NCBI GenBank assembly: GCA_049644685.1
Contig: JBARSJ010000131.1
Span: 307 to 64,306, forward strand
Direction of reading: 5' to 3'
DNA from: Anaerolineales bacterium
GTDB taxonomy: Bacteria; Chloroflexota; Anaerolineae; Anaerolineales; UBA11858
DNA length: 64,000 nt
Positions 7,648 through 16,225 of the stretch are shown one piece after another. Position numbers and translations under genes: made by a program. The notes under the pieces are model-generated. The model ran no database searches. It worked only from the letters and a program-made list of their open reading frames with translations, and had not been told where the DNA came from. Within the stretch, counting starts at the first letter, position 1. Each line of letters starts with the position of its first letter.

Positions 7648-10070
7648 TCCAATTGGATTCTGAGGATCATCCAGGCGCCGAGATAAGCACACCCGCCCAG
7701 GATCAATACCAGTGGATAACCAGCTTGAAGGGATAGAATTGCAGTAGCTACCGATGCAATAACCGAAGCGCTCCCATTGATTGCCCAGGCCCAAGGAACC
7801 ATGGCAGGGATCTCATTTTTTATCCAGGAAATCCCCTTGGGAAAAAACAAACCCATACAGAAACCCAGCGGAGACAATCCCAAACAGGCTGCCAGGCAGC
7901 GGATCCACAGCGGCCAGCCTAGTACCATTTCCTTATTTAATGTACAAACAGCCACAAATCCTCCTCCGAGAAGAAGGAGCTGGAGATAAATCAAGGTCTG
8001 ATGCCGCCAGGTATTTTTGGCAGCCATACTTCCCAAACCTGAGGAGAGCAGCAGGATCCCTACAACGGCTGTAAAGGCAGCAATTGGAGTGCTTAAAAAC
8101 AAAGTCCATTGACTGATCAGGGGGATCTCTATGAACATAAAACCGATACCAATTAAACCAAAATAAAGGAGTATCTTAGCTTTTCCTGGAAAACCTTTCC
8201 CAATCCAGCTCTTCCTGTTTAATACCAAAGGAAGAAGGATCATCAGGCTGCTGAGAAGTAGAACCAAAGCCAATAAAAAAATCAGCAGGAAGTATCCACT
8301 TCCGCCGAACGGCTGCCAGGTTTTCCCTAGCGTGTCCAAGATTTGAGGAGTCTGGCTCCAGGTAAAAAAGTGAAAGAAGAAGGGATGATTGTCGGATGGT
8401 GGGGAAATGTTAAATAGATAGGAGGTATAAAACTCCCTCTGGTTTGTTGATTGGAATAAACTCTTGACCGCTTGATGATAAATTGGTTCCGGCATCCTGT
8501 TCCATTGATTAAGTTCATTCATCTGGATGTCCGGAGCCCAAACCAGATCAAAACGGCAGCGCTCCAAAAATGACCGCAGGGAGTTTAATTCAGTTTTGCT
8601 CCATCCGTCTGGTTTAACCAGAACCGTCATGGTTTGGATGCTGCGGTAAATCACAAAATTATCCGGGGGATTCTGAATTCCAAGGTCCTTCTGGGATTCA
8701 AGCAGAGTGCTGACCAATCGCAGTCCTTCACTGGGAGGATTTTGAAGCCACCTGCTGCTCACATACACCCCCCCTGGAGCTAAGCTTCCCAAAGCGTTTT
8801 TAATCCCTTCCTCAGTCAACAAGTAATTCTCAGATAGACTGTATACCCCATTTGAGACCGGTTGGTAAGGGTCAGTTAGCGGCAAAAAGACAACATGATA
8901 GATTTTATTTGTCTGTTGAAGAAACGCCCGGTGGTTCCCGATAAAAACCTGCACCCGGGGGTGTTCAAAAACATGGTATCCGGGTGATGACTTTTGAACA
9001 CCTTCCAGCAGCAGTCGATTCTCGACCACAGTAGAAATCGATTCGGCTCCGCCCGCTAAAGCCTGTAAAATTCCTAATCCGGCACCGGGATCCAGAACAA
9101 GGACATCCGGATTAGATTGCATTGAAAATGCCCAATATTCCGGCATCCATTCTCCAGCTGTAAAATCGGCTGGCTCTGTTAACGTGATTGGCTGAAGAGC
9201 ACCCCCATCAATGGATAAACCATTTTGAGAAGGCAGTTCGCTGCTGTAAACATAGCTTAATCCCGGAAATCTCCGGGTTCCAGCATCCGCCAGCACATCT
9301 ACCCGGGAAACTGCATCCCATTTAGCAAACAAAGTCGTCGCACCTGGAAATCTGCGGGCATAAGCAAGTTCCTTGTAGGGGGAAATGACTATACCCAAAG
9401 GTGATCTTCCTTGAAAGTTTAAGGCTGAGATACCAATCCACACCGTAAGACAGACGATCAAGAATAAGCTGTATTTTATTCGGTATTTTTGAGATTTTGT
9501 TAAAGCGGTTTTCACTAAAAAAGAGCATCCGGCGCCGAATATTCCACAACAAAGCAGTACTCCTAAAATGCCGGAAAAAGCCAATACTACAGGAGCGAGG
9601 ATTACTCCCAACCCGGATCCAATCAGGTTTGCGGCATAGACCAGGTTGTGTTTTTCGTCAATGACCGCTAAAATTGTACCGAGTCCTAATCCGCTTACCA
9701 GGAAAGGAAGGGAGAGAGAAAAATAATAGAGGATAAAAAAGAGTATCTGCCGGCGTTCCCAGGCAATGCTGTAAGAATCAAAGGGAAGCCAATTGACAAT
9801 CAAAAAAGCTACCCAGACACTGATCACAAACCCAATACCTACTCTTGATAGTGTTTTCTCTAAAGGAATCTCTTTGATTTTTGGGAAAACTGAGATCAGA
9901 GTACCGCTGGCACCAAAGCCGAGTAAAGCCAGACTGACCACCAGGAAAGCGAAATGGTAAAATTGCGCGATCGCCAGAAACCGGATAAGAGCAGTTTCAA
10001 ACAATAAAGTCGCCGACGACAAAAGACCGATCGCAACCACAATCCGGGAAAACTGATTTCCTGCTTTCAT
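7644..10070 (-). CDS. Polytopic membrane protein with embedded spermidine-synthase-like (class I methyltransferase fold) domain
   Basis: 808 aa. Many predicted TM helices at both ends. The central region has VLVLDPGAGLGILQAL (Rossmann GxGxG-like). Confidence 0.6.
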   Translation of the reverse strand: MKAGNQFSRIVVAIGLLSSATLLFETALIRFLAIAQFYHFAFLVVSLALLGFGASGTLISVFPKIKEIPLEKTLSRVGIGFVISVWVAFLIVNWLPFDSYSIAWERRQILFFILYYFSLSLPFLVSGLGLGTILAVIDEKHNLVYAANLIGSGLGVILAPVVLAFSGILGVLLCCGIFGAGCSFLVKTALTKSQKYRIKYSLFLIVCLTVWIGISALNFQGRSPLGIVISPYKELAYARRFPGATTLFAKWDAVSRVDVLADAGTRRFPGLSYVYSSELPSQNGLSIDGGALQPITLTEPADFTAGEWMPEYWAFSMQSNPDVLVLDPGAGLGILQALAGGAESISTVVENRLLLEGVQKSSPGYHVFEHPRVQVFIGNHRAFLQQTNKIYHVVFLPLTDPYQPVSNGVYSLSENYLLTEEGIKNALGSLAPGGVYVSSRWLQNPPSEGLRLVSTLLESQKDLGIQNPPDNFVIYRSIQTMTVLVKPDGWSKTELNSLRSFLERCRFDLVWAPDIQMNELNQWNRMPEPIYHQAVKSLFQSTNQREFYTSYLFNISPPSDNHPFFFHFFTWSQTPQILDTLGKTWQPFGGSGYFLLIFLLALVLLLSSLMILLPLVLNRKSWIGKGFPGKAKILLYFGLIGIGFMFIEIPLISQWTLFLSTPIAAFTAVVGILLLSSGLGSMAAKNTWRHQTLIYLQLLLLGGGFVAVCTLNKEMVLGWPLWIRCLAACLGLSPLGFCMGLFFPKGISWIKNEIPAMVPWAWAINGSASVIASVATAILSLQAGYPLVLILGGCAYLGAWMILRIQLD

Positions 10071-10355
10071 GTCAAGTCCACTGGTTATCTGCGGGTAGAG
10101 TTGCCTGGTCTAAAATTATAACGAAGTAATTCTCGAGGATTTCTCTCCTGCCAAATGGCCCTTTGGATTAAATAATAGACCAGTGACACCTATCTGTAAA
10201 TGCCTTCTGCGGATTTGGTGATGATAGCGGAGGACAAACTATTCAGAGTTTATCTGCCGCTACTGCGCATACTTAATAATCAGGAATCTTTGCCTGCGGA
10301 TCCCTGGCAAACTGTGATAGTAATCAATATTATTGATAATGTACGGCATTCGTGA

Positions 10356-10364
10356 TGCTATACT
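10356..10364 (+). promoter_or_regulatory. Extended -10 box TGCTATACT; candidate promoter reading into cassette array A
   Basis: The same 9-mer family (TGCTATAMT) lies upstream of tRNA-Val, ftsK and the tail-tube-like gene. The identical TGCTATACT recurs at 47647, at a similar distance from the other short attC. Confidence 0.4.
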
Positions 10365-10404
10365 AAAATTGAATCGGGCAACAAAATGGCTGCTATTTAG
10401 GGCA

Positions 10405-10456
10405 AGATAATGCATTATTCTATTATCGCGCAAGTGAAACATAATTAACGTTAGAT
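10405..10456 (+). other. Short attC-like site (A0) at the left boundary of array A
   Basis: 30/32 nt identical to the short site at 47718-47749 (ATTATCrCGCArGTGAAACATAATTAACGTTA). It ends in GTTAGAT (10450-10456). The 5' box is degenerate (GATAATG instead of CATAACG). Confidence 0.45.
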
Positions 10457-10502
10457 GGCACTTCTCTTTCGGTGGCAGCCATCTGGATGAAAGGATGCAT
10501 TT

Positions 10503-11060
10503 GTGGATATTGGAAGAGAGTATGATTCGGCAATCGAGATAATCCGTGAGTACTATGATGGACCAATACGGCCTTATATGACTGTCGAGTTCGGAAGAAG
10601 AAAGAAACAAGGAGCGATTTCATTAATTATTAGCTACTCCAGAGAAATGAACCCCAGAAAGCTGGTTGATATTCTCCAGGATAAACTCCCGGATCAATAC
10701 ATTGCATTCCTTGGAAATGATAAATGGCTCGGTGAAGAAAAGAATAATTACCCTGAGATCGTTATTGCAATAGCATCTTCTCAATTCGAAGCAATAAGAC
10801 TTGCGGAGTCGAGAGGCGTAAACCAAGACGTTTCGACGGAAGAAGTGATAGATAAGCTCAAGGAATATGACAGGAAGTATAGAATCAGGATCTTAAGAGC
10901 CACTATAGAGGCAGTATCATTCAGATTGAAAACTCTATCTGAAGACATGAACGCCCATCTTGATGATCAAGCGGAAACTCTGAAACTCAATACGTATCCG
11001 AGAGAAGAGATCATTTCAGAAATTTCGAAAAAATTGATTGATGGGTTTTGGTGGGACTAG
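10503..11060 (+). CDS. Hypothetical protein (cassette A1); the C-terminal ...GFWWD resembles DUF4253, unverified
   Basis: 185-aa ORF with a GTG start. It is the only long ORF between the cassette boundaries 10451 and 11178. Confidence 0.5.
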   Translation: MDIGREYDSAIEIIREYYDGPIRPYMTVEFGRRKKQGAISLIISYSREMNPRKLVDILQDKLPDQYIAFLGNDKWLGEEKNNYPEIVIAIASSQFEAIRLAESRGVNQDVSTEEVIDKLKEYDRKYRIRILRATIEAVSFRLKTLSEDMNAHLDDQAETLKLNTYPREEIISEISKKLIDGFWWD

Positions 11061-11089
11061 TTACGTTTCATATTATCCAGAATGTGTGA

Positions 11090-11184
11090 GTGCCATCTAA
11101 CAAATCGCTGAAGCGGACGCCTATAGCAGCGGCAAATCCATATCTCGGTCATAGCCGGCGCCGCTTAGCTCAAAGCCGTTAGGC
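11090..11184 (+). other. attC site A1
   Basis: GTGCCATCTAA (11090-11100) is the exact reverse complement of the cassette start TTAGATGGCAC (10451-10461). The 5' arm GCT(G)AAGCGG(A)CGCC pairs with GGCGCCGCTTAGC, leaving two extrahelical bases. It ends in GTTAGGC (11178-11184). Confidence 0.75.
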
Positions 11185-11212
11185 GGCAAGCTTTATTTAG
11201 AGGAGGTTTCAT

Positions 11213-11755
11213 ATGAGTTTGCATATTAGTTTGGTGTCAATTCAGGGGAACCATCTTTCTGAGATAGCTGGTGTTCTTGAAGATTGCGAATATATAGTAG
11301 AAGATTCCTTTACAGTAAAATCTGGAGATCAGGTATCAGAAGAACTTGGGTGGAATCCGGATAGAAACAGAGTCGCAAAAGCTGCTTATTTTGCACATGG
11401 GTGGACTTATATCATTGACCCTGAACTTGTCCTTTTAATAAATGATGTCTGGTTGAAATATTCCCGCAAATGGAATAATCGCATCTTTGGCTGGATTTGT
11501 GAAGGTGTGTCTGGCACGTATGGGATCACCGTCTTTGATTCAGGGAATAAACGTCGTGTAGTAGTCAGTGTTGATGGCGAAGTCGTTACTGATGAAGGCA
11601 AACCACTTAAGGAAGAAACTGATCTCGATTGGAACGATGTCTGGGAAACAGATATACTTGGGTTAGCGAAACGAATCGGTGCAGTTTATGACTTTCCTGC
11701 CGATCGTGATTACCAAATTATTCACCTCGACGAATCCCAAATGTCGGCGCCTTAA
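11213..11755 (+). CDS. Hypothetical protein (cassette A2)
   Basis: 180 aa. Strong RBS AGAGGAGG 6 nt upstream of the ATG. Confidence 0.65.
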   Translation: MSLHISLVSIQGNHLSEIAGVLEDCEYIVEDSFTVKSGDQVSEELGWNPDRNRVAKAAYFAHGWTYIIDPELVLLINDVWLKYSRKWNNRIFGWICEGVSGTYGITVFDSGNKRRVVVSVDGEVVTDEGKPLKEETDLDWNDVWETDILGLAKRIGAVYDFPADRDYQIIHLDESQMSAP

Positions 11756-11773
11756 TGACATACCCACAAAACG

Positions 11774-11833
11774 CAGCATAACCTCCGCTCCAGCGAACGC
11801 TGGGGAGCGCGCCGCTGAGCTCATCCGTTAGGA
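11774..11833 (+). other. attC site A2
   Basis: GCATAAC (11776-11782) ... GCTGAGCTCATCC-GTTAGGA (11827-11833). The arms GCTC(C)AGCG / CGCTGAGC pair with an unpaired base. Confidence 0.7.
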
Positions 11834-11865
11834 ATTGAAAGGTAATTCTAATTTCATAAGGAAAT

Positions 11866-12129
11866 ATGGTTGAGTCTAAAGAATCAAACAAGCAGTGGGC
11901 AGAGTATATTGAACTGATAAGAAAGTATTTCATGTTCCTCTTTGAGGAGTATAACTACGAGATGTCTCATATACAAAAATATGGTGCATTTCACAATGCG
12001 TTTTACATAATCGGACTCAGTGCTAAGGGGCTTCCTAGGCTTCAATTCTTAGGAGAGATTGCACCAGGAATCATGATTGGTTTGCCTGACGCACCATTCG
12101 GAGAAGATAAAGAAATAAATGGACATTAA
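11866..12129 (+). CDS. Hypothetical small protein (first ORF of cassette A3)
   Basis: 87 aa with AAGGAAAT before the ATG. No attC separates it from the next ORF. Confidence 0.45.
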   Translation: MVESKESNKQWAEYIELIRKYFMFLFEEYNYEMSHIQKYGAFHNAFYIIGLSAKGLPRLQFLGEIAPGIMIGLPDAPFGEDKEINGH

Positions 12130-12184
12130 TGTTGGTGGGGATTAGATCAGATAATGGATTACTTATTAAAGGAAGGAGGTATAG

Positions 12185-13285
12185 GTGGTGTTTCCAGATA
12201 TCCTGAATTATTTGATTCTCAAAAAGCACAAATTTGCCATAGTTTTTAGTTTATTTATGGCAGCAGGTACCGCCATTCTTTTGGTAAATCTTTGGCAGGA
12301 TTATAAAATAACCCCTTCTCGCCCAAAACCAATAAGTCCGGAAATGCTTCAGCCAGGCATAGCCTTTCTCCAGTTCAATCAGTGGGTCGAAATTGATATA
12401 ACAGGCCTTCAATGCCAAGAAATGAATTCCCAATCATCAGAAAGAGAAAAGTTTATTAACGGGATTATTGACTTCTTAATGGGCGGTGAAGCACTGCGGG
12501 AACATGTAATACTTTCTAATGAGGCAGAAACCCTTGTGCTGGTGGCAATGTTCTCTAAGGAAGTGACGTGCAGAGAAGTCAGGGATAATTCACCGCTGAG
12601 AGGAGTGATCAGCAGACAGACATTTGAGAGATATAGCAGATTAACAGAAATTGACCCAGTCCTTGCTGAATACGCTTACGACGGATATATTTATAATTTT
12701 TGTGCGTTTTGTGGGAGAGACAATACTCTAATCGGTCTGATCGTTTGCGCAGTGTTATTTATCATCAGTATTGGTTTGTTAATTATAAGTATTTACTTAA
12801 TGAAAGAAAAATCACAAGAAAAGAAAATTGACATTGAAAGCCTTCTGAATCAAACCGAGGACAATTCTTTGCTTATTCAACTTGGTCAACACCTATTCAA
12901 TAAGTACTATAAAAATGGTTTTGATAATCTAACCAAACCTGAGCAGATCATTTTTATGATTGACCAACTAGAGATGGAAATTAATAATGGTGGTTTTGCG
13001 CAGTATTATGGCAACTCTGGTTCCGACTATGCTCAAGATGTCCCTTTTGCTCTGGAATCAATTGGCGCTTCTTACACAGCTGATCTGGTAAGAAAAGGAA
13101 ACTCTTTGTTTCCAAATGGTCTTCCTCCAAAGATATGGCCTGATCGACAGGTTCTTCTTGATAACATTATTAATGATATTCATGACCAACTTGATGAGCT
13201 AGATAATTTATTTTATGAGTATAAAGATCCTTTGGGTAAACTCCAAAGAGAGTATATTCATAAGTACAAAGAACATTTTTCTTAA
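12185..13285 (+). CDS. Membrane-associated protein with C-terminal DMP19/DUF4375-like domain (second ORF of cassette A3)
   Basis: 366 aa. TM segments near residues 15-35 and 180-205. The C-terminal motif LT.PEQ....I..LE.EINNGGFAQYYGNSG resembles the DMP19 family. Confidence 0.6.
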   Translation: MVFPDILNYLILKKHKFAIVFSLFMAAGTAILLVNLWQDYKITPSRPKPISPEMLQPGIAFLQFNQWVEIDITGLQCQEMNSQSSEREKFINGIIDFLMGGEALREHVILSNEAETLVLVAMFSKEVTCREVRDNSPLRGVISRQTFERYSRLTEIDPVLAEYAYDGYIYNFCAFCGRDNTLIGLIVCAVLFIISIGLLIISIYLMKEKSQEKKIDIESLLNQTEDNSLLIQLGQHLFNKYYKNGFDNLTKPEQIIFMIDQLEMEINNGGFAQYYGNSGSDYAQDVPFALESIGASYTADLVRKGNSLFPNGLPPKIWPDRQVLLDNIINDIHDQLDELDNLFYEYKDPLGKLQREYIHKYKEHFS

Positions 13286-13297
13286 ATACATTGAATG

Positions 13298-13380
13298 TGC
13301 TTCCTAACCCCCACTGCACCCGACACTATCGCCTGCGCGCTTCGCGCTCCGCTCAGTGCGAGTGAGCTCATCCGTTAGGT
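13298..13380 (+). other. attC site A3
   Basis: TTCCTAA (13301-13307) is the reverse complement of the cassette start TTAGGAA (11828-11834). The 3' end is GAGTGAGCTCATCC-GTTAGGT (13374-13380). The arms CACT-GCAC / GTGCGAGTG pair with an unpaired base. Confidence 0.8.
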
Positions 13381-13425
13381 GCCTGAAAGATTTGATTAGC
13401 GACAATATTCAAGGAGCGTTTAGAA

Positions 13426-14289
13426 ATGCTTCCCAAACAACTTTTTGGACGCACCGGACATACAAGCTCTCAGATCATATTCGGCGCATATGCTCTCAGC
13501 AATGCAACCCAAGCAAATGCCGCTGGCATTCTTGAATTATTGCTGGAATATGGAATAAACCATATTGACACAGCGCCTATGTACGGAAATTCCGAGAATT
13601 GCATTGGATCATGGATGAAGCAACATCGTGATGATTTCTTCATCGCAACCAAGTCACGAAGCCGCACGTACGAAGGAGCATGGAAAAATCTTCGGCGATC
13701 ATTGGATCAATTGAGAGTTGACTATGTGGATCTCTGGCAAATGCATGGTTTGACTAACCCGGCAGGTTGGGAAAAAGCGATGGGTTCAGGAGGAGCTTTA
13801 GAAGCTTTCATTGAAGCGCGCGACAAAGGCTTAGTCCGATTCCTGGGTGTGACAGGCCACGGCAGCAAGGTGCCAGCTATGCATAAAAGAAGCCTAGAGA
13901 ATTTTGATTTTGATACAGTCTTGCTTCCATACAGTTATTGGCAAATGCAGAATCCCCGTTATGCAGATGCTTTCAATGAATTAATTGGATTGTGCCGTAA
14001 GCGCAAAGTAGCAGTACAGATCATCAAATCTATTGCCCGCCGACCATGGGAGAACCGTCCAAAAACGCACAATACTCATTTCTATGAACCATTAGACACT
14101 CCTGATGCTATTGAAAAGTCGATGCATTGGTCAATGGGTTTGCCAGAAAGCTTCCTGATTACGGCGGGAGATATGGGGATTCTTCCTAAAATGTTAGCTG
14201 CTGCATCTCGCTATCAGAAGCGACCATCTGCTGCAGAAATGAAGGCCATTATGGATGAGTTTGATATTCAACCGATATTTTCGTATTGA
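13426..14289 (+). CDS. Aldo/keto reductase family oxidoreductase (cassette A4)
   Basis: 287 aa. Motifs G.N.IDTA..YG.SE. .G, FIATK, and VDL.Q.H. Confidence 0.8.
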   Translation: MLPKQLFGRTGHTSSQIIFGAYALSNATQANAAGILELLLEYGINHIDTAPMYGNSENCIGSWMKQHRDDFFIATKSRSRTYEGAWKNLRRSLDQLRVDYVDLWQMHGLTNPAGWEKAMGSGGALEAFIEARDKGLVRFLGVTGHGSKVPAMHKRSLENFDFDTVLLPYSYWQMQNPRYADAFNELIGLCRKRKVAVQIIKSIARRPWENRPKTHNTHFYEPLDTPDAIEKSMHWSMGLPESFLITAGDMGILPKMLAAASRYQKRPSAAEMKAIMDEFDIQPIFSY

Positions 14290-14299
14290 TCTGAAGAAA

Positions 14300-14616
14300 A
14301 TGCACCTGACCGCCTGCAGAGTGACAAGGAGACTTTTGGGACAGAGAGACAGGGTGAGCAGTAAAAACAAAGTTACTGATTACTGAACACTGATTACTGA
14401 ATACTGGAACCCGGCACCAGGTGCCCTTTACCCGAAGTATAGGCCTGTCCAGCCTGCCCTGAGTTTATCGAAGGGAACGAAGCAAAGCGATGTTAAAGGG
14501 CTTCGCAACCCTTCGTCTCCCCCCTCGGTGGAATTTATACAAAGCGAAGCGAAGTGCTCGGGGTTCGCTCAGGACAAATGCCCTAAAGGATGCTTCGCTA
14601 AGCTCATCCATTATGT
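14300..14616 (+). other. Atypical, expanded attC-like region A4 (about 317 bp)
   Basis: GCACCTGA (14302-14309) matches the reverse complement of the cassette start TTAGGTGC at 7/8 positions. The 3' end GCTAAGCTCATCC-ATTATGT (14610-16) is a degenerate copy of the family end. The interior is filled by heptad repeats (14373-14407) and CGAAG-type palindromes. Confidence 0.4.
14373..14407. repeat. Heptanucleotide tandem repeat (YACTGAW) x5
   Basis: TTACTGA TTACTGA ACACTGA TTACTGA ATACTGG. Confidence 0.85.
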
Positions 14617-14657
14617 GGAAGCAAATCACTGCCCGTTATATTTACTGATAAAAGAGA

Positions 14658-15551
14658 TTGACCATGGAGAATATTCAGGAAAAGACCTTCAATACAGGCG
14701 AGGTAACAATCAACTACGCTGAGGTGCCGTCATCTGGTCCCCCACTCATGCTGCTTCACGGTGGGGGTGATCGCTGGCAATCATTTTTACCTATCATTCC
14801 ACCTTTAGCGAAGAGGTGTCACATCTATGCTTTAGATTTGCGCGGGCATGGTAAATCTGGACGCTTACCAGGCAAGTATCGTCCTGAGCACTATGTGTCA
14901 GACATTGTCGCCTTTCTTGAAAGTCAAGTTGCAGGGAATGCGATTCTTTTTGGTCATTCATTGGGAGGTTGGATTGCTTTACTGGTCGCGATGGAAATGA
15001 AAGAGAAGGTAAGTGGTGTCATACTTGGAGATCCGCCACTGAACATGGAACGCTTTCTTGCGTACGAGGGCAGTGTGGAGAGAATCAAATTGTGGCATTC
15101 ATTCCGGGCTCTAGCAATTTCAGACTTATCTATTCCAGAGTTTGAAATTGAGCTTTCTAACGTGCCAGTATCGTTGCCAGGACAAGATAAACCGATACGG
15201 TTTGGCGATCTGCCAGGAGTAGATGAAACCTATCTCAAACAGATGGCTGAGACAACAAGCCTCATGGACCCAGATGTAATCCAGTATCATGCTGAAGGAT
15301 GCCTGGATGAGTATGTTAATCAAGTAGACCTGGAAATGATTTTGAAAAGCATTACTTGTCCAACCTTATTAATTCAGGCAGATCCAATGTGTGGAGGAGT
15401 CGTCTCGGACGATGATGTAAAACGCACCTTATCTTTGTTATCATGTGGGCATCATGTGCAATTGAATGGGGCAGGTCACGACTTGGGTTTCAGCAAAAAG
15501 AAGGTAAATACTCTTATAAGTATGGTAACAAGTTACCTCGAGTCTTTGTGA
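14658..15551 (+). CDS. Alpha/beta-fold hydrolase (cassette A5)
   Basis: 297 aa. Motifs LLHGGGD, nucleophile elbow GHSLGG, and C-terminal GAGHD. Confidence 0.8.
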   Translation: MTMENIQEKTFNTGEVTINYAEVPSSGPPLMLLHGGGDRWQSFLPIIPPLAKRCHIYALDLRGHGKSGRLPGKYRPEHYVSDIVAFLESQVAGNAILFGHSLGGWIALLVAMEMKEKVSGVILGDPPLNMERFLAYEGSVERIKLWHSFRALAISDLSIPEFEIELSNVPVSLPGQDKPIRFGDLPGVDETYLKQMAETTSLMDPDVIQYHAEGCLDEYVNQVDLEMILKSITCPTLLIQADPMCGGVVSDDDVKRTLSLLSCGHHVQLNGAGHDLGFSKKKVNTLISMVTSYLESL

Positions 15552-15681
15552 AATGGTTGCAACTTTCATTTGAATTTGTCACCTAACCCCCTCTGCCTTT
15601 AGTACGACCTTAGGTCTCAGGACAGGGTACCTGACCACCTAAAGACTGACTGGGAGACTGGGTGAGGGGGGGACCGGGTGA

Positions 15682-15702
15682 ATACTGATCACTGATTACT
15701 GG
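15682..15702. repeat. Heptanucleotide tandem repeat x3
   Basis: ATACTGA TCACTGA TTACTGG, preceded by GACTGGGAGACTGGG words. Homologous to the 14373 locus, including the downstream TACTGGAAmCC...CCAGGTrCCCTT. Confidence 0.8.
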
Positions 15703-15776
15703 AAACCGTTGCCAGGTACCCTTCGCAAACATAGAACAAATGGGTACTACTGTCAGGCAGTCGGAAAGGATTAAAT

Positions 15777-16028
15777 ATGGAAATAATCAAAGAATCCCTA
15801 ATGAAATGGGGGGAAGCAATGCATTTGAGCATGGAGAATCGCACTATGTTTTACTCTCCAGTTCTCGACCATTGGCGGGTAAAGAAGTGGGCAGGTAAAA
15901 GGGGAAAAAGTTTTATCTATGATGGATCAGATTTTACGCTGGCGTTTGAATATTTGCTTGGCACTCATGCCGCCGAACACCCCCTACCCCCACCCGGCGG
16001 GAATGACGTATCTGATGCCACCGGCTGA
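15777..16028 (+). CDS. Doubtful small ORF (83 aa) at the end of array A
   Basis: It has an ATG, but its last 55-60 nt run through the attC-like site. The Pro/Gly-rich tail looks like translated repeat sequence. Confidence 0.3.
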   Translation: MEIIKESLMKWGEAMHLSMENRTMFYSPVLDHWRVKKWAGKRGKSFIYDGSDFTLAFEYLLGTHAAEHPLPPPGGNDVSDATG

Positions 16029-16046
16029 TGAGCTAATCCACCAGGC
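15970..16046 (+). other. Degenerate terminal attC-like site (A6)
   Basis: GCCGAAC-ACCCC-...CACCCGGC... is homologous to the 5' half of the family. The 3' end GATGAGCTAATCC-ACCAGGC is a decayed copy of GAGCTCATCC-GTTAGGC. Confidence 0.45.
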
Positions 16047-16225
16047 GACTTAAAAAAGAAAATGGGAAGGGATTGGACATTGAAAACAAGTGTTAGGCAG
16101 TTGAATCTCTATTGATGATGAACCTTCTGGGGAAAAAATAGTTAGAATGTTAGCATAAGAAAAGGGTACTCTTAAATCAAACAAATCAGGAAATTGAGAA
16201 TAAAAAATAAAAAGGAGTAACGAAT

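Larger units (their letters stand above)
10405..16046 (+). mobile_element. Integron-like gene cassette array A (5-6 cassettes, no integrase seen)
   Basis: All ORFs are on the + strand. Each is followed by an attC-like imperfect inverted repeat (...YTAAC ... GTTAG). The R'' box complements the first bases of its own cassette. See the individual attC entries. Confidence 0.7.

Noticed and set aside
14373-14407. Asked whether the heptad arrays and other short repeats could be a CRISPR array.
   Set aside because: The units are 7 bp and directly abutting, with no spacers. No repeat of 24-48 bp with unique spacers exists anywhere in the window, and no cas genes are present.
14528-14722. 64-aa ORF (MEFIQSEAKCSGFAQDK...) overlapping the hydrolase gene start.
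   Set aside because: It lies inside the expanded attC/repeat region. The sequence is the typical translation of CGAAGC/CTCAGGAC repeat words, and it overlaps the better-supported gene at 14658.
15580-15620. TCACCTAAC at 15580 followed by CTTAGGTC at about 15611, considered as a complete attC after the hydrolase gene.
   Set aside because: The two boxes are only about 39 nt apart with no L-box stem, and the 3' box lacks the GTT. I mention it only as a possible decayed 5' box, so it is unclear whether A5 and A6 are one cassette or two.
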